Positions 32,108 through 44,919 of a stretch of 64,000 nt of DNA are shown here, in pieces. Position numbers and translations under genes: made by a program. This DNA is from Trichomonas gallinae (lineage: Eukaryota). Location of the stretch: contig MRSU01005533.1 in the NCBI GenBank assembly GCA_008369845.1, forward strand, positions 1 to 64,000. The letters are read 5' to 3'. Position 1 is the stretch's first letter. Every line of letters starts with the position of its first letter. Under the pieces are notes generated by a model that saw only the letters and a program-made list of their open reading frames with translations, made no database searches and was not told the DNA's origin.

Positions 32108-35100
32108 TTACAAAATTTCGCAAGGGACAAAGAATGCTGAAGATTCATTAGTAGCAACAAGCATATCTCTGTAAGTGAAAGCATTGTTGATTGAGCAATG
32201 GAAGCTCAATAAAGTATTTGAAATTGATAGATTTCCATCAACAAGATTAACTCTTCTGAGAAGTCCTTTCCTATCTATTATGATCAGAATATCTTCACCG
32301 AATGTGCTGATTGTTGCAATGTGATCTATTGTGAAATCCAATAATTTTCTCGAAATAATTTTTCCGTTGCACGTTAGCAAGCATATTTCGTGAGAATTCG
32401 CGCAGAAAATCAAGCCGAAAATCTTTGTTATGCAGATTTTCTCTGGAATGAAATTTTCGATTTTCGTGTAAAAGATGAATTCTCCACTTTTCTTGAATGA
32501 TATAACTAAATGATCTAATGTTCCAACGACAATACTATCATTAGAACTTGCTAAGCATCTGATTTCATCAGCAAATGCAATGATTTCTTTATTGTCGATT
32601 GTTATTAATCCATCAATTGATGAAACAATTGAATCTGTGACGAACTTTGGATTTATCGATTCAGAGACTTTCTTGATTCCTTGCGAATTGATATAATAAA
32701 CTCTTGACGCGTGCTTCTTGATAACTGCGATGCAATTCTCAAGCTGCACGAGTTCATCAATTTCATTGACTAAAAAGTCTTCGCCAACATTTTTATTGAC
32801 TTCTTCTGTAACATTTTTGGTGAATAAATTGATTACAACATTAACAACTCTGTTTATGTCGATTGCAATGAAATGCCTTTTATTGTCTTCAACTTTTTCG
32901 AGGAAGATTGCGCGATATTTTTTGCCTAACTTGAATTTTTCCATTTCTCGTTTTAGGGTTTTCTTTTCTCTCATTGGATGCTTTTCTTTGAAAATCTGTG
33001 TAGGCATCTGCCCGCCTTGTTCTAGCATTGACATCACTGCGTTTTTATCTTGGATCTTTTCCCAGACTCCTTCGGTGAAAATTTGGCCAAACTTATCAAG
33101 GCATTGATAACCAAAAACAGCATCAATCCAATTAACAATTTCTTCTTCATTTTCGAGCAGTTTTCGGTTTTTCATCACGTATTCAGTTGGATTCTTTATT
33201 GGCACCATGTCTGGGCAGCTGAAATGTTCTGGAGTTAATTCGGTTATTGAATTGACGCTAAACAAAATATCATCCAATTCTTCAAGTGTCATTGATTGAT
33301 TTTGTGGTGAAATTAACTTCATTACACATGAAGGAGGTAGACAACTTTTGTTGGGCGCAAATCTTGTCAATGCATTTTCATTGAAATCTCTCTTTTCGTT
33401 CTTGTACATAACGTAAGGCATAACTGGATACATCTGTGGATCGTTTATTGATCTGCCAGCAGCAATGTTTATTGCCATCAAATAATGAAATGTCGAAATA
33501 ATTCCTGTAAGCCATTCTTTTTTATAAACTTTCAAATCGAACTTTTCTTTCCTCTTGAGTTCTCTCATTGGTATTTCGTTTGTTTGCGGAGAGAAATCAA
33601 GCAGATATGATCTGTTTTTGACGAATATTTCTATGGAATTCGGAATCAAAAATCTTTTGCGAGGTAAAACGAAATCTATGTCGTTGATATTATAGACTTT
33701 CTTCGAAGTGTCTTCAGCAATGATAATGCTTTCTTTCGATATAGTGAATTTTGTCAAAATTGCTCCGTCAATTGTTATCATCTTACAATCTGCTGAAAAG
33801 ATTGCTTCGTCAACTTTCTCTGTTTGTTGGATGATTTTATCATTTCTCTTGCAGACTTTGAAGAAAGGAGCGAAAAAGTTCGAAGTTTGGTATGAATCCC
33901 TTTTGGAGTCCAAATGGTCATCAGTTTTCCATATTGATCCATCAAATGAAAACTTCTTCAACACTCTTCTCATTACTTTGTTTCCGTAGTATTGTCTATA
34001 ATATGATTCTCTTGATATATTGGATATATTCGTCGATTGTATCGAAATCAAATTAGGATCAATTTCAAATGAAATGCTCAAATACTCTATAACACTATTT
34101 TTGACTTTCTCCATTAAATTCATGAAACTAGGAATAATTAAATTAGTGAATATGTGGCCATCAGTCAAAATATCTTTTGTTGCTTTCAGATTATTTTCTT
34201 TGTTGATACAAGCAGCCAAAAAGTTCAGCCAGACGTCAATCGAATTTTCGGGTGGTTTGGTTGTTTTGTCAACAATCAAGAAGGCTAAGTCAAGGTTAAC
34301 TAAGTTCATGTCTTTAGTTAATCTTATCATAAACTGCGGTTTTCTTACTGTCCCATTTTCGACGAATTCTTTGAGACCATTGTAGCTATCAAAACTGGGC
34401 TTTGAGAATGTTTCGAGTGGAATGTCTTGTTCATCACCAAAAACAGAAAATTCATGAACCATTTTCATAAAGTTTGTGTAACAATTGACATTTGGATGGA
34501 ATAAAATATGGAATAGAATCAATGATATCATGCTATTTGTTTTGAATGTTTGATAATCCAACAGGAAATATTTCAAGTAATAATCAGGATCGAAATTGCC
34601 CATATAACATAACAAACTGATAATATTTATAACTTGATCGAAAAGCTTTTCATTGTGCTGCATTATTTTTGTAAGATAAACGTAAATTAATCCTTGTGTA
34701 GCATGATCCTTTGAGTGGAAATAGACTAATAGCAAAGGAATAAACCAATATCTCGTCGTGAAAACTTCAGCATTAACAGTCGCCAAAAATGAGGCAAATT
34801 TTGCCATAGAAACTTCACCTAAATATAAAGACATCCATGACGAAATAACAATTAAATGCGGGAAATCTTGCTGCATTTGCAGAACAACTTCAAACAAGTC
34901 TGGATTGATAAAAAGACTTCTATCAACTGTCATAGCAATGTATCTCAGATGTTCTTCTGTTTTATCGCCGCCAATTTGACAGATGATATTCAGTATACAA
35001 GAAAATCTCGCATCTCTGCATGGTTTCAATAATACAAACAAAAGTTTAGCGTATTCGCTTGGAACAACACCAGGATTTTTTTGTATTAATTGAGTTAACA

Positions 35101-38100
35101 ATTTCAGCATGTCATCAACTTGTTGCATGTCTTTGCAAACTGCGCAATGAGAAACTATCAAAAGATAATCATTCAATGAAAAACCCAAATTGTAAATTAA
35201 CGAGTTCATCTTCATTCTAACGAATTCGATGTCAAGATTAGGATCTCTATTTGTCGAAATAAGCTCTGATTCAATTGGCTCGAACCAGAAATATGTTCTC
35301 ATGTTAGGGATGATCTTTGCAATTGTAATAATCTTGTAATCATAGAGCGACGACCAATAAGAAACAATCTTTTGATAAGTAGATGCATCGCAGTTCTCCC
35401 ATATTTGATAATTGAAAATAATGTAGTCCAAGAACATATCAATCATTTTCTGGGTGTTGCAGCGGCTAAAGAATAAAGTTAGTTTGTTGAAAACTTGGTA
35501 AGTTAAGTTCTTTGTGTTTACCAAGTATCTGCTGATCAAAGGAAGATTCTCGCTGAAGTACTCTTCCATTTCAACAGAAGAAGAAACAAAAATTGTCAGA
35601 ACTTCAATAACTTCTTCGAGAAAATGTTGTGGCATTACATGAATGACTTTGAACAAAGGAACGAATAAATCTGTGTTTTCTGGATAAAGAAACGCATCAT
35701 AAATTGTTTTAGGGAAAGATGCGGATGAAACTGTGCTGATAACATTTTGAGTCTTATAACTGAAAACGATTTTATCTTTGAATTTTTGGAAAATATCTTC
35801 CGGTTGTATAGATAAGCCATACAATTTAAGTTTACTGATGCAACAATAGAAATCATCGTCATTAACATTTTCTGCATCACCTCCAAGAGTAATTGTCAAG
35901 ATATTGCTAGCGAAATTAGGGAAAGCAATGTTGTAAAATTTCATCTTTTTGTTATCAATGGAAAATCCAAGATTGGCAATATTACCTTCAAGAAAAGTGA
36001 CTGTTACTAAACATTTGTGCCACATGTCATCAGGTAATGTTGGACAAAGAGTTGCTATACTTGATGTCTTTTCAGAGTAAAGATACAACCTCGCAATCAA
36101 TGAATCTCCTCTTATGAAAATTTGGAAATTGATTTCTTCATTGTCAGATAACGAAAATATCAAAGGTCTGCAATTTGATATAACTGAGACTGGAGAATCA
36201 TATTTTATCTGGAATTTTAGAGAGAACCCTTCAGCTATCTCTGACATCTTGAAGTTCTCATATGTAATTGTTTGATCTAGCATTCCACTCCTGAAATAAA
36301 TCGGTGGATCTGATGCCATAACAGAAACAGAAGTGTGGAGTAATGACAAAATTTTCGATGAATATTTGTTGAAAATATTGTTATTCGGAACTAAAATATC
36401 CATGACTGTAGTTGGTATTTGGGGAGAACTTGCTGTTACAAACAATAAATTGATCAATGGGAATACTAAGTTATTGACATCTTCTTCTGTTAAATCAAAA
36501 GTAAACTGCAGATTTCTAAAAGTAAAGTGTTCGCCTTCATGTTTAAGATATTTCAAGAGAAGTTTATCTAAAGCACCATTATGGCACATCTGGCAGTTCT
36601 TGACGCAATACTTGCAAAGCTGTAAGAAATAACTTAACATTTTTTCAACTTCTTCCGATTTCTCTAATATTGAGAAAATCAGCAGTATTACGCTTGGCTC
36701 TAAAATGATGAATAAAGCATCTTGGTTTCTTGTCTTACTTTTAGCAAGAATGTTGATCAAAAGAGACATCGTGATATCAGATTTGGAGCCGATTTGTCTT
36801 ATAACAGAAGAAAACTTTTGAACCATTTCTATTTCGAGTTTAAAATCTTTGACGTTTGCAAGTAGATGAGAAAACAGTTGTAATGTAATATCAAGTAATT
36901 CAATGCTTGGCCTGTTGATCAGGAAATTAATTGCGCATGGTGCTGCTTCTCTGAAAATTGTGGAAATATGCTTAGCGTGTGAAAGAGATTCGACGATAAC
37001 TTTAATTAGATCTATGGTCAGTTTTTGATCTTGACTTGTCGATGAAACTCTGTTTTTGTCAATGATTCCGCAAATGAATTCTGCAACAGGACTTAATAAA
37101 GAAATGTTCTCATCTGAGTAGTTAGAAAGAAAATTCCTCAATGAATGAATCATTGGTGCTTGTAATGATTCTTCATTGATTCTTGAAAGGAAACCAACAA
37201 GGAAAATATGCGAAGTGAAACATTTCATTGCTACATCTTGATTATCCAACATCGCGAGAATAAAAATTATTATAGTAGAAATGGCTTCATGCGCCTGTGA
37301 TTCGATCTCTTTTCTTTGGAAAGAAACTGTTGATAAAGAAGATAAAACGCTGATCATTGCCGATAATGTTGATTCTTCTGCCAATTCAAGCATGTCATAT
37401 TTTGATACTTTAGAGTGGATTCTTCCAAGTGTTTCAGCAAATAAAAACGGATGACTCTTGAGAGAGATGAGAAGAGTCTTAATTAAAGGAGGAAACTGCG
37501 TGGAAATAATTTGTAAAACTGACTTTCTCAAGAAAGTAACAATATGGAAATTTGTATCGCATTTATTATATATCGAAACTCCTGGCGTCCAAATCTTTTT
37601 AGATAACAAAGCTGTTGCTATTCTATCATCGATGCTGATATTTTGGCTCCTTGCAAGCATGTATAAATATATTATATAAAGATAAATATCGATGTCACCA
37701 TTTGTCAAAAAGTGGCCAGAATATGCGACAAAAAAAACCGATGCATATTCAGGTAAACAACAGATTAATATTTGCGACATTTTCGAGCATAGCATTAGAT
37801 CGCTTTGCGAAATCAAACTTTCGAAATCGAAATTGAATTCGAATTCATCTGATGAACTTGGTGTCAATTTTGTTGGCAATAGATTTGAATCTGACAAAGT
37901 CATAGATAATTCCATTGAACTTTCTGCATTATCAGCATCAGCGAGCTGGTTCTGCTTAGCTGCCCAAAGGTCATATTTAGTCGATCCATTTACCAAACCA
38001 ATGAAATAAATTGGCAATTTGATAAATAGATTTTCGATGTTTTCATCAACTTTGAATGACGATAAAGTTAATAAGATATTCATTGTATCTGTATCTAAAT

Positions 38101-38782
38101 TTGAAAGATATTTATCTATGTATTTTGCAATTCTCGCGTAGCTTTTTCTTGCTATAGCATTTCCGTTGTTGGAAATCGCAGCTAATATAAAATTTTGAAC
38201 GAATATTTCAGTGTTTTTATCGCCGTTGAAATTTACTATGTTCAATAAAACCTCTGTAGCAGCGTTGAAACCTGCAAGAGATGCATGTACGAATATGCTG
38301 GGTACGTAGTGCAAAGGGAAGGATCTTTTTCCGTATCTCGCGAAGATTTCTGTAATGCCGAAGATAAGATATTCGTATTCACTTTTAGATAGAATTTTCC
38401 TGATCCGAAAAGTGCATTCTAGTAAGTTTTCGAATTGATTTTGGATTTGTGAAATATCGCTTATGTGCATAAAAACAAGGCAGTGTATGATAATCAAAAG
38501 GTATAATTTTGGAATATTGATGATTTGATCTGGCATTATATCCAAACTTGATATTTCTCGAATTAATTGCTTGTTAAAAACGAATCCTGTGAGATGTGAT
38601 AGCTTAAATGTTCCGTTCTCGATCATTGTTTTGGTATCTAGAAATTCATTTAAAGAAAAGAATGGAATTGAAATCTTTTCTAAAAGCTTTTCGATTTTTG
38701 GATCTCCTGTCCGAACAAATATCTGCGGTTTAAATCTGGAAAGAAGAGAAATAAGTGGAGGTCCATTTCCTTCCACTTGCAT
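32108..38782 (-). CDS. Beige/BEACH domain protein (helical region, ConA-like, PH, BEACH, WD40-like)
   Basis: WLTGIISTFHYLMAINIAAGRSINDPQMYPVMP, ELTPEHF, WIDAVFGYQ, GQMPTQIF..KHP; first ATG is 38782 (the track's GTG lies inside an AAAAGTGAC motif). Confidence 0.9.
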   Translation of the reverse strand: MQVEGNGPPLISLLSRFKPQIFVRTGDPKIEKLLEKISIPFFSLNEFLDTKTMIENGTFKLSHLTGFVFNKQLIREISSLDIMPDQIINIPKLYLLIIIHCLVFMHISDISQIQNQFENLLECTFRIRKILSKSEYEYLIFGITEIFARYGKRSFPLHYVPSIFVHASLAGFNAATEVLLNIVNFNGDKNTEIFVQNFILAAISNNGNAIARKSYARIAKYIDKYLSNLDTDTMNILLTLSSFKVDENIENLFIKLPIYFIGLVNGSTKYDLWAAKQNQLADADNAESSMELSMTLSDSNLLPTKLTPSSSDEFEFNFDFESLISQSDLMLCSKMSQILICCLPEYASVFFVAYSGHFLTNGDIDIYLYIIYLYMLARSQNISIDDRIATALLSKKIWTPGVSIYNKCDTNFHIVTFLRKSVLQIISTQFPPLIKTLLISLKSHPFLFAETLGRIHSKVSKYDMLELAEESTLSAMISVLSSLSTVSFQRKEIESQAHEAISTIIIFILAMLDNQDVAMKCFTSHIFLVGFLSRINEESLQAPMIHSLRNFLSNYSDENISLLSPVAEFICGIIDKNRVSSTSQDQKLTIDLIKVIVESLSHAKHISTIFREAAPCAINFLINRPSIELLDITLQLFSHLLANVKDFKLEIEMVQKFSSVIRQIGSKSDITMSLLINILAKSKTRNQDALFIILEPSVILLIFSILEKSEEVEKMLSYFLQLCKYCVKNCQMCHNGALDKLLLKYLKHEGEHFTFRNLQFTFDLTEEDVNNLVFPLINLLFVTASSPQIPTTVMDILVPNNNIFNKYSSKILSLLHTSVSVMASDPPIYFRSGMLDQTITYENFKMSEIAEGFSLKFQIKYDSPVSVISNCRPLIFSLSDNEEINFQIFIRGDSLIARLYLYSEKTSSIATLCPTLPDDMWHKCLVTVTFLEGNIANLGFSIDNKKMKFYNIAFPNFASNILTITLGGDAENVNDDDFYCCISKLKLYGLSIQPEDIFQKFKDKIVFSYKTQNVISTVSSASFPKTIYDAFLYPENTDLFVPLFKVIHVMPQHFLEEVIEVLTIFVSSSVEMEEYFSENLPLISRYLVNTKNLTYQVFNKLTLFFSRCNTQKMIDMFLDYIIFNYQIWENCDASTYQKIVSYWSSLYDYKIITIAKIIPNMRTYFWFEPIESELISTNRDPNLDIEFVRMKMNSLIYNLGFSLNDYLLIVSHCAVCKDMQQVDDMLKLLTQLIQKNPGVVPSEYAKLLFVLLKPCRDARFSCILNIICQIGGDKTEEHLRYIAMTVDRSLFINPDLFEVVLQMQQDFPHLIVISSWMSLYLGEVSMAKFASFLATVNAEVFTTRYWFIPLLLVYFHSKDHATQGLIYVYLTKIMQHNEKLFDQVINIISLLCYMGNFDPDYYLKYFLLDYQTFKTNSMISLILFHILFHPNVNCYTNFMKMVHEFSVFGDEQDIPLETFSKPSFDSYNGLKEFVENGTVRKPQFMIRLTKDMNLVNLDLAFLIVDKTTKPPENSIDVWLNFLAACINKENNLKATKDILTDGHIFTNLIIPSFMNLMEKVKNSVIEYLSISFEIDPNLISIQSTNISNISRESYYRQYYGNKVMRRVLKKFSFDGSIWKTDDHLDSKRDSYQTSNFFAPFFKVCKRNDKIIQQTEKVDEAIFSADCKMITIDGAILTKFTISKESIIIAEDTSKKVYNINDIDFVLPRKRFLIPNSIEIFVKNRSYLLDFSPQTNEIPMRELKRKEKFDLKVYKKEWLTGIISTFHYLMAINIAAGRSINDPQMYPVMPYVMYKNEKRDFNENALTRFAPNKSCLPPSCVMKLISPQNQSMTLEELDDILFSVNSITELTPEHFSCPDMVPIKNPTEYVMKNRKLLENEEEIVNWIDAVFGYQCLDKFGQIFTEGVWEKIQDKNAVMSMLEQGGQMPTQIFKEKHPMREKKTLKREMEKFKLGKKYRAIFLEKVEDNKRHFIAIDINRVVNVVINLFTKNVTEEVNKNVGEDFLVNEIDELVQLENCIAVIKKHASRVYYINSQGIKKVSESINPKFVTDSIVSSIDGLITIDNKEIIAFADEIRCLASSNDSIVVGTLDHLVISFKKSGEFIFYTKIENFIPEKICITKIFGLIFCANSHEICLLTCNGKIISRKLLDFTIDHIATISTFGEDILIIIDRKGLLRRVNLVDGNLSISNTLLSFHCSINNAFTYRDMLVATNESSAFFVPCEIL

Positions 38783-39399
38783 ATAAGCTCTTGTCACTTT
38801 TACGGAAATTTTAACATTTCACCAGCCAAAATTACTTCATATTTAGCATCTTTATCATGTATATATTAATTTTTGCTCTGAAATTTTACTCAAATTCGTT
38901 AAATTTTAAATCTGAACAATATTTTTCACAAAATACATTCATTTAAACAATGTTTCTGTGATATATGGGAAATATAGCAAATATTAAATGCAAATATTCA
39001 GCCATTCATCCCATAAAATTTGCAACTATTTTATCATTTACTCTTATCTTAATGAGCTTTATGAAACATAACCCAGAACTTCCTGATAAAGAAATTTGCA
39101 TTAACTGATTAGTCCATTTATAATTTGATATCAACAAATAAAAGAAATATTCGTATTCCTTAATATAACACAAATATATATGATTTTTATAACTAGCAAA
39201 GTATTATTTCTAAAGCTTTTCTATTATAAGCTGATTGAAATTTCGCAAGAAATATATTTTGCGAGTATTGCATGAATTACTTTTAAATCAGGCTTCAAAT
39301 TTCATGTATTTATAGAATATTTACTCCTTTTGGCTCGGTTTGGAGTTTTGAAATATGGGGATATATTTAGGTTGCTAATTACATATAATATATTAACCT

Positions 39400-40563
39400 T
39401 TATTTACAATGATACATACAGATCATGTCTTTTCTTAGGTTAATTATCGGAAAAGACTGACCAACATTAATAACAGATATCGTTGGAGGATCAATAAACG
39501 GAACTCCAAGGAAGCTTATAATACAACGCGTCACAGGGTCGTAGAAAGAACTAAAAGAGTGGAAAGCTGGCATCAAAAAGACACCATTACTTAAAGCACC
39601 ATCGCTAAACGTAGTAGTTTCTTGATCTGGTGCTACGTAAAGAACAAACCACCAGTTTGTTTCAAGGTCCAATGCGTAAACTAGTGTTAAGTCGTTCTTT
39701 GTCTTTCCACCGAAACACACCAGATATCCCGAGCAACATACTAGTGTGCCATGGATTGGATCATGTACGGGTGTTGCGCCGATGCAAGGCGAAATTGTTG
39801 CTGTCTCTTCATCGATATTGATTTTTAACAGATTCGAGCCTTTATCGCCACCGTACGAATAAATGCATTCTTCGCTTTGACAGTGTGGAGCTTGGCAGTT
39901 CCATGAAATATTGATGTCGATTTCGCGCCATGTATAATTGTTGATATCTAAAATATACATATCTGAATAAATCGAGCTCTTGAATCCGCCAAACAAAACA
40001 AGTTTGTTGTTGAAATAACCGATATAAGCATCTGATCTCGCGGCAGGTTGAAAACCAGAAGTCGTAATTTGCTTGGAATGATGATTAGAAACGTCTACTA
40101 CGTATAGATCGTTGTATAATGTGTTGTTATTGCTACCACCGAAGATAACTAATGAATCGTGGACAAAACAAGCGGATACACCTGATCTCGCTGAAGGAAC
40201 GTCTCCTTGCAATTCTATTTTTTCCCAACAACTTTTGTCGATGTGAAATGCCCAAAAATCCGATAAAACTGTTCCCATTGAAGAAATTCCGTAGCCGATA
40301 TAAACTATCCTTGTAGTTTCGTTAAAAGCAAAAAAGTGGCCCGTTCTTGGTAGAGGAGAGGTACCACTAGGCGTTCTGATTGACCAAAGGCACGTAAAGG
40401 CGGTTTTCAAAAGACTACATCCAACCAAAGACGAGCTGTTATTGTAGATTTCAGGCGTATTTGTGCTTTTTTCTTTACCCGTACGAGGCATACTGATAGG
40501 CTGAAGGCTTTGGTAGTCGTAACTCGTGGATGAGGTTCTTGAATAGCTCACCTCGTTTCCCAT
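39400..40563 (-). CDS. Kelch-repeat protein with probable N-myristoylation
   Basis: PxPRTGH, PSARSG..LVIFGG, AARS..LVLFGG, LVCFGG blades; N-terminus MGNEVS (Gly2, Ser6). Confidence 0.88.
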   Translation of the reverse strand: MGNEVSYSRTSSTSYDYQSLQPISMPRTGKEKSTNTPEIYNNSSSLVGCSLLKTAFTCLWSIRTPSGTSPLPRTGHFFAFNETTRIVYIGYGISSMGTVLSDFWAFHIDKSCWEKIELQGDVPSARSGVSACFVHDSLVIFGGSNNNTLYNDLYVVDVSNHHSKQITTSGFQPAARSDAYIGYFNNKLVLFGGFKSSIYSDMYILDINNYTWREIDINISWNCQAPHCQSEECIYSYGGDKGSNLLKINIDEETATISPCIGATPVHDPIHGTLVCCSGYLVCFGGKTKNDLTLVYALDLETNWWFVLYVAPDQETTTFSDGALSNGVFLMPAFHSFSSFYDPVTRCIISFLGVPFIDPPTISVINVGQSFPIINLRKDMICMYHCK

Positions 40564-43437
40564 CCAAAGTCACCTTTCTTCAAATTTTAAAACCGCCAAA
40601 ATTTTTTTTCACTGCTTTACATAGCATTTTCTTTGAGTTTCATCAAATTCACTTCACAAAGGAAGATGCAGACCTCTCAATTTTTTTCTCTTTCTCTTTA
40701 TCATTTTTATTTAATAAACATTTTAAATTTTAATTCTTTTTTAATTTTCGAAATTTATTTAACCTCTTAAATAGATATAATTAGAGTATTTTTTTTTGCC
40801 AAAGTTTCAGACATTAAAAAATTATTTTCTCATTGAAAGAACCGAACTTTCAATATGTTTTTTTTTTTTTTTTTTTTTGTTTTATCATTTATATATAATG
40901 TATATTTTATCATAAAATTATCGTTTGGACAAAATCATTTTAAAATTTGAATATAGAATATATGATTATAGGAGATAATTTTACCAAAGTTTTGAGCTTT
41001 AAATAATTGTATTGATTAATTTATCGCCAAAATCAATTTTTGTTTGAGTTTTTTTGCATCGTCTGATAGATGTAAATCCAAATAAACAATCAAATTCTTA
41101 TTTTTTTCTCAAAGGATTTTTATCACATTTTGGATCTTAAACTTTGCCAGTAGCCTTATAATGCGTTTTGAAGTCTATGTGTGAAGGATTAATTCAGACC
41201 CATCAGCACAATCAAAAAAATTGAAGAAGAAATTTAGCGTTTCTAACACTTACAAAATTATTGTGTAAAATAACTCTATGTGTTATAATAAAGCTGTTCT
41301 TATGAATATTATCAATTCGCTATCGAGATTTTGAACAATTTCATTGTTTTTGTAGGGATACAAACCATACTCTAAATACTCATACGATAATTAACCGTTT
41401 AAGATGAGTAAAAACAATTTTGACTGGGTCGACCATAAATTTAATGGCAGAATCATTACAGTGATGTACTCATGATGATCTCATATGGATGTTTAGAGCA
41501 ATGTGAATTCATTCATTGGTAATAACACAATATTCTTCGTGAAATAAAACAAAATATTTCGTGATACTCGGTATGAATCAGCTTTCAACTGCGTGGTGTA
41601 TCATTCTTCTTTTATTATAAAGTTACCAAATCACTATCTACATTCAAGCAATATTAGATGATGAATCTTAATTTATTCCAGATAGAAATATGCCTATATT
41701 CACAATATGATGTAGATGATGCGTGGTAATGTATGCATTATCATCGTTAGCTTGGTATACCTTTCTAATTTTCAAGAAATCGAAAAATGAAATTTAAATT
41801 CAAGATTTTGATAATATTATTCCGCAATTTATTCCGTATACTAATATAATAAGTGTTTGTATCATCCTTTTTTGTTAAGTTCGAACTTAATGGTATTGGA
41901 ATAAAGATCATCTTGTAGTTGTTTAGTGAATATTTGCATTATACGACAACTATATTAAATTAACTTTCAAAAAGAGAAAATAAACATAGTATGTGACCAC
42001 TCACAACATTATAATGCATTGAGCTTAATAGCAGCATATGTATGAAATATTAATGCGAATATCAAAGCTTCTTTTGAGTAATTTGTTGCTAAAACACTGT
42101 AATGCATTGATTAATTTGGTATTGTGTCAAAAAAGTTTTCGGTCTTGAAAAAGGAAATGAGATTTGTAAAATGTACAAGTATCATAGTCATTGCCTGAAG
42201 TAAATTAAAAATTCAACAAGATAATATTATGTTGAAAGAATGAATAATTGTATGCACTCCTTCGGGTGCATTTCAATGATATATTTTTCAACTTATACAT
42301 CTTGTAAACTAGTCAAATACAAACGAACTTGAAAATGATATTTTAAATGATAAAAAAAATCTCATGTTTTTCAGTTACCAATTGATTTTCTCATTAAATA
42401 GTCCTAATATTAATGTTTCTTTCATTCCAACAAGTGCATTCATGATATATCAAGGAAAATTCCAGTAGTGGTATCTTTTGAAGAGATCATAGAGTACGAT
42501 GGTCTATGGTCTTTTTAGGCTTGAAATAAGTCAAATAATCTTTTCATTTTAGACAGGAAGACCGTGATATTGGATTAATAACAAGGATAAAATTAAAAAG
42601 GGGTTAACACTAAAGTTTCTTAGCTAATTTTTTTGATATTTATATTGTATATATGTTATTCAACATTATGTCATAAATCGAGAAGAATTTAATTGAATAT
42701 ATTTTAGAAAAATTTGAATGCATTTTATTTTTGTTTTTCAATGTTGTAAATTTTCCATAGTAACAAATAAGTCCCAAAACACAAAATTATTGAATATTAT
42801 ACTATAATAATTCTGTTTTCGCTATTTTTGGCTGCTTTGCGAAACCTTTGAACTTTTCTGAGACCCTTTCAAATCTGTCAAATTCCATAAATAAAGAGAC
42901 ATAAACAGAAAAAATCGGGGTTATATCAATGATTATTGTTCGCTGATTATATTTTTAAGATTAATATAGATTTTAAATCATTCAAGGTTGATTTTATTTT
43001 TCGATAATTTTGATATACAGTATATTGTTAGTATGTTGTCGAAATTATCTGGAATTATCTCCTTAAAAATATAAAATATAATTTTAGCATATTTTGAATA
43101 TTAACATAATAATGGATAATTTTGTTATGATTTTGTATTTCAAATTTTAATTTCAAATAATGAAAATCATTAAGAAAATATTTGTCCAACCATTCATAAA
43201 AATACTCTAATTTATAGTTGCCATGTGTTGTATATATCGAGGATGATAAATTCTCGATTTTCAATGAGTTTTCATAAAATTGAGAGCATAATTTGAATTT
43301 TTTTATTTATTATTACGTTGATTACACGGATTAATAATGATATAAGATAAAATCTTATCAAAACAAAATTTGATTAAAATATAACTTTCACAATATTTGA
43401 ATACGTGCATTCAAATTTTATTATTTAAAATTCTATA

Positions 43438-44418
43438 ATGACACATACAGGCTATGATCACAAAACCCTTGGAAAATATATCTTGGACAAACAGATAGGT
43501 TCGGGTGGATTCTCCGTAGTCTACAAGGCTTTCCACTCTAAAACAAAGCAGCCTGTTGCAATTAAAATCATTAATAGGAAGACGACAATCTCAAATGACA
43601 TGATCAATTACCTTGAAACTGAATTAAGACTCATATCACGCTTTGATCACCCAAACATTGTTAAAGTTTTCGATATTATCTACACAGAAGAAGATATCAG
43701 CATAGTTATGGAATATTTACCAAATGGTGACCTTCAGTCACTTATTGATACCAATTATAAATTCTCAACAGCTGATCAAATCAGAATCGCGACTGAAATC
43801 TTAGAAGGACTCGATTATTTACACTCAAGAGGCATCGCACATAGAGACGTTAAACCAGGTAATATATTATTCGACGAGAACATGCATGCAAAGCTTATTG
43901 ATTTCGGATTTTCCAAAGATCAGTCATCATTATATCATACTTTCTGCGGCACACAGCTCTTCATGGCCCCAGAGATCATCAAAGGACTTCCATATGATGG
44001 AAGAAAATCCGATATCTGGGCTTTCGGAGTTACTGTTCACTTGTTGGCAAATCTTATTTACCCATTTGACGTAAAGAGCGAGCTCCAATACGTCGCGGAT
44101 GTCCGTAACAACAAGCTTTGCATGTGTATTGAGTCATCTGGAATCCTCGGATGGCTTGCAAAGAATTCTTTAAATTATCAGATGGAAGAGAGACTTAACG
44201 CGGCTGATTTGCTTCAGTACGTTAAACAGCAGAGTGTCTTACCTGCTATCTCTCTTGGAAAGCTTGGCTGCTCAAAGAGATCTCAGACAACTTGCCCAGT
44301 TCCACGTCTGAAAGTTGTTCCTAGTACTCCATTATTTAATAAGACCAGAGCTGTCAATGGTATTCTCTGCGGAAGAAGAGCAAATATCCAGAGAAGGAAA
44401 GCTTTGAGCCTTGAATAA
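43438..44418 (+). CDS. CAMK-group Ser/Thr protein kinase
   Basis: IGSGGFSVV, VAIK, HRDVKPGN, DFG, CGT..FMAPE, DIWAFG. Confidence 0.95.
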   Translation: MTHTGYDHKTLGKYILDKQIGSGGFSVVYKAFHSKTKQPVAIKIINRKTTISNDMINYLETELRLISRFDHPNIVKVFDIIYTEEDISIVMEYLPNGDLQSLIDTNYKFSTADQIRIATEILEGLDYLHSRGIAHRDVKPGNILFDENMHAKLIDFGFSKDQSSLYHTFCGTQLFMAPEIIKGLPYDGRKSDIWAFGVTVHLLANLIYPFDVKSELQYVADVRNNKLCMCIESSGILGWLAKNSLNYQMEERLNAADLLQYVKQQSVLPAISLGKLGCSKRSQTTCPVPRLKVVPSTPLFNKTRAVNGILCGRRANIQRRKALSLE

Positions 44419-44919
44419 ATTTTGTTTGTATTTTCGTTTTAATTCGCTCGTATTTACTATATACTGCTGATATATATGCGATAGTTTTATACTTGCCTGC
44501 GAAAATCTTAATATTTCAAGCCCATAAGATTTGATATATGCCAAAACCCTAGAATTGACTCTCCAAACTTCGAATATGGATTATACAAAGGATGCACATG
44601 ACAATGATCACTGCTCGTTTTCACGAGAAACAAGAAAATCTAAACAAATGACTTCTCTTATATATCTATCTTTGAAAAAAATTCATTTTTCTCATGATTC
44701 AATAGAGATTTTACAATTATAAGACAGAGAATTAGAGCTCTGTTGATTTATCGAAACATGGTCTGTGGTCCATATATACGAAGAATGGATCCAAAATTCA
44801 GATTTTCAAACCTCCGAGGTACCTTTATAATAAAACACATAATTTTTCTTATAGCATATATAGTTTTAATGTCGTGACAAGCAAAATAGCTTTAAGTTAG
44901 GAGTTGAATAGCAATAAAA

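Noticed and set aside
40858..40878. Poly-T tract as a retroposon tail
   Set aside because: No target-site duplication or adjacent element sequence; common in AT-rich DNA
42252..42269. TGCACTC-CTTC-GGGTGCA hairpin
   Set aside because: A single 7-bp stem is expected by chance
44722..44745. U6 snRNA (ACAGAGA box)
   Set aside because: The downstream AGATTAGCATGG-type catalytic and ISL sequence is absent
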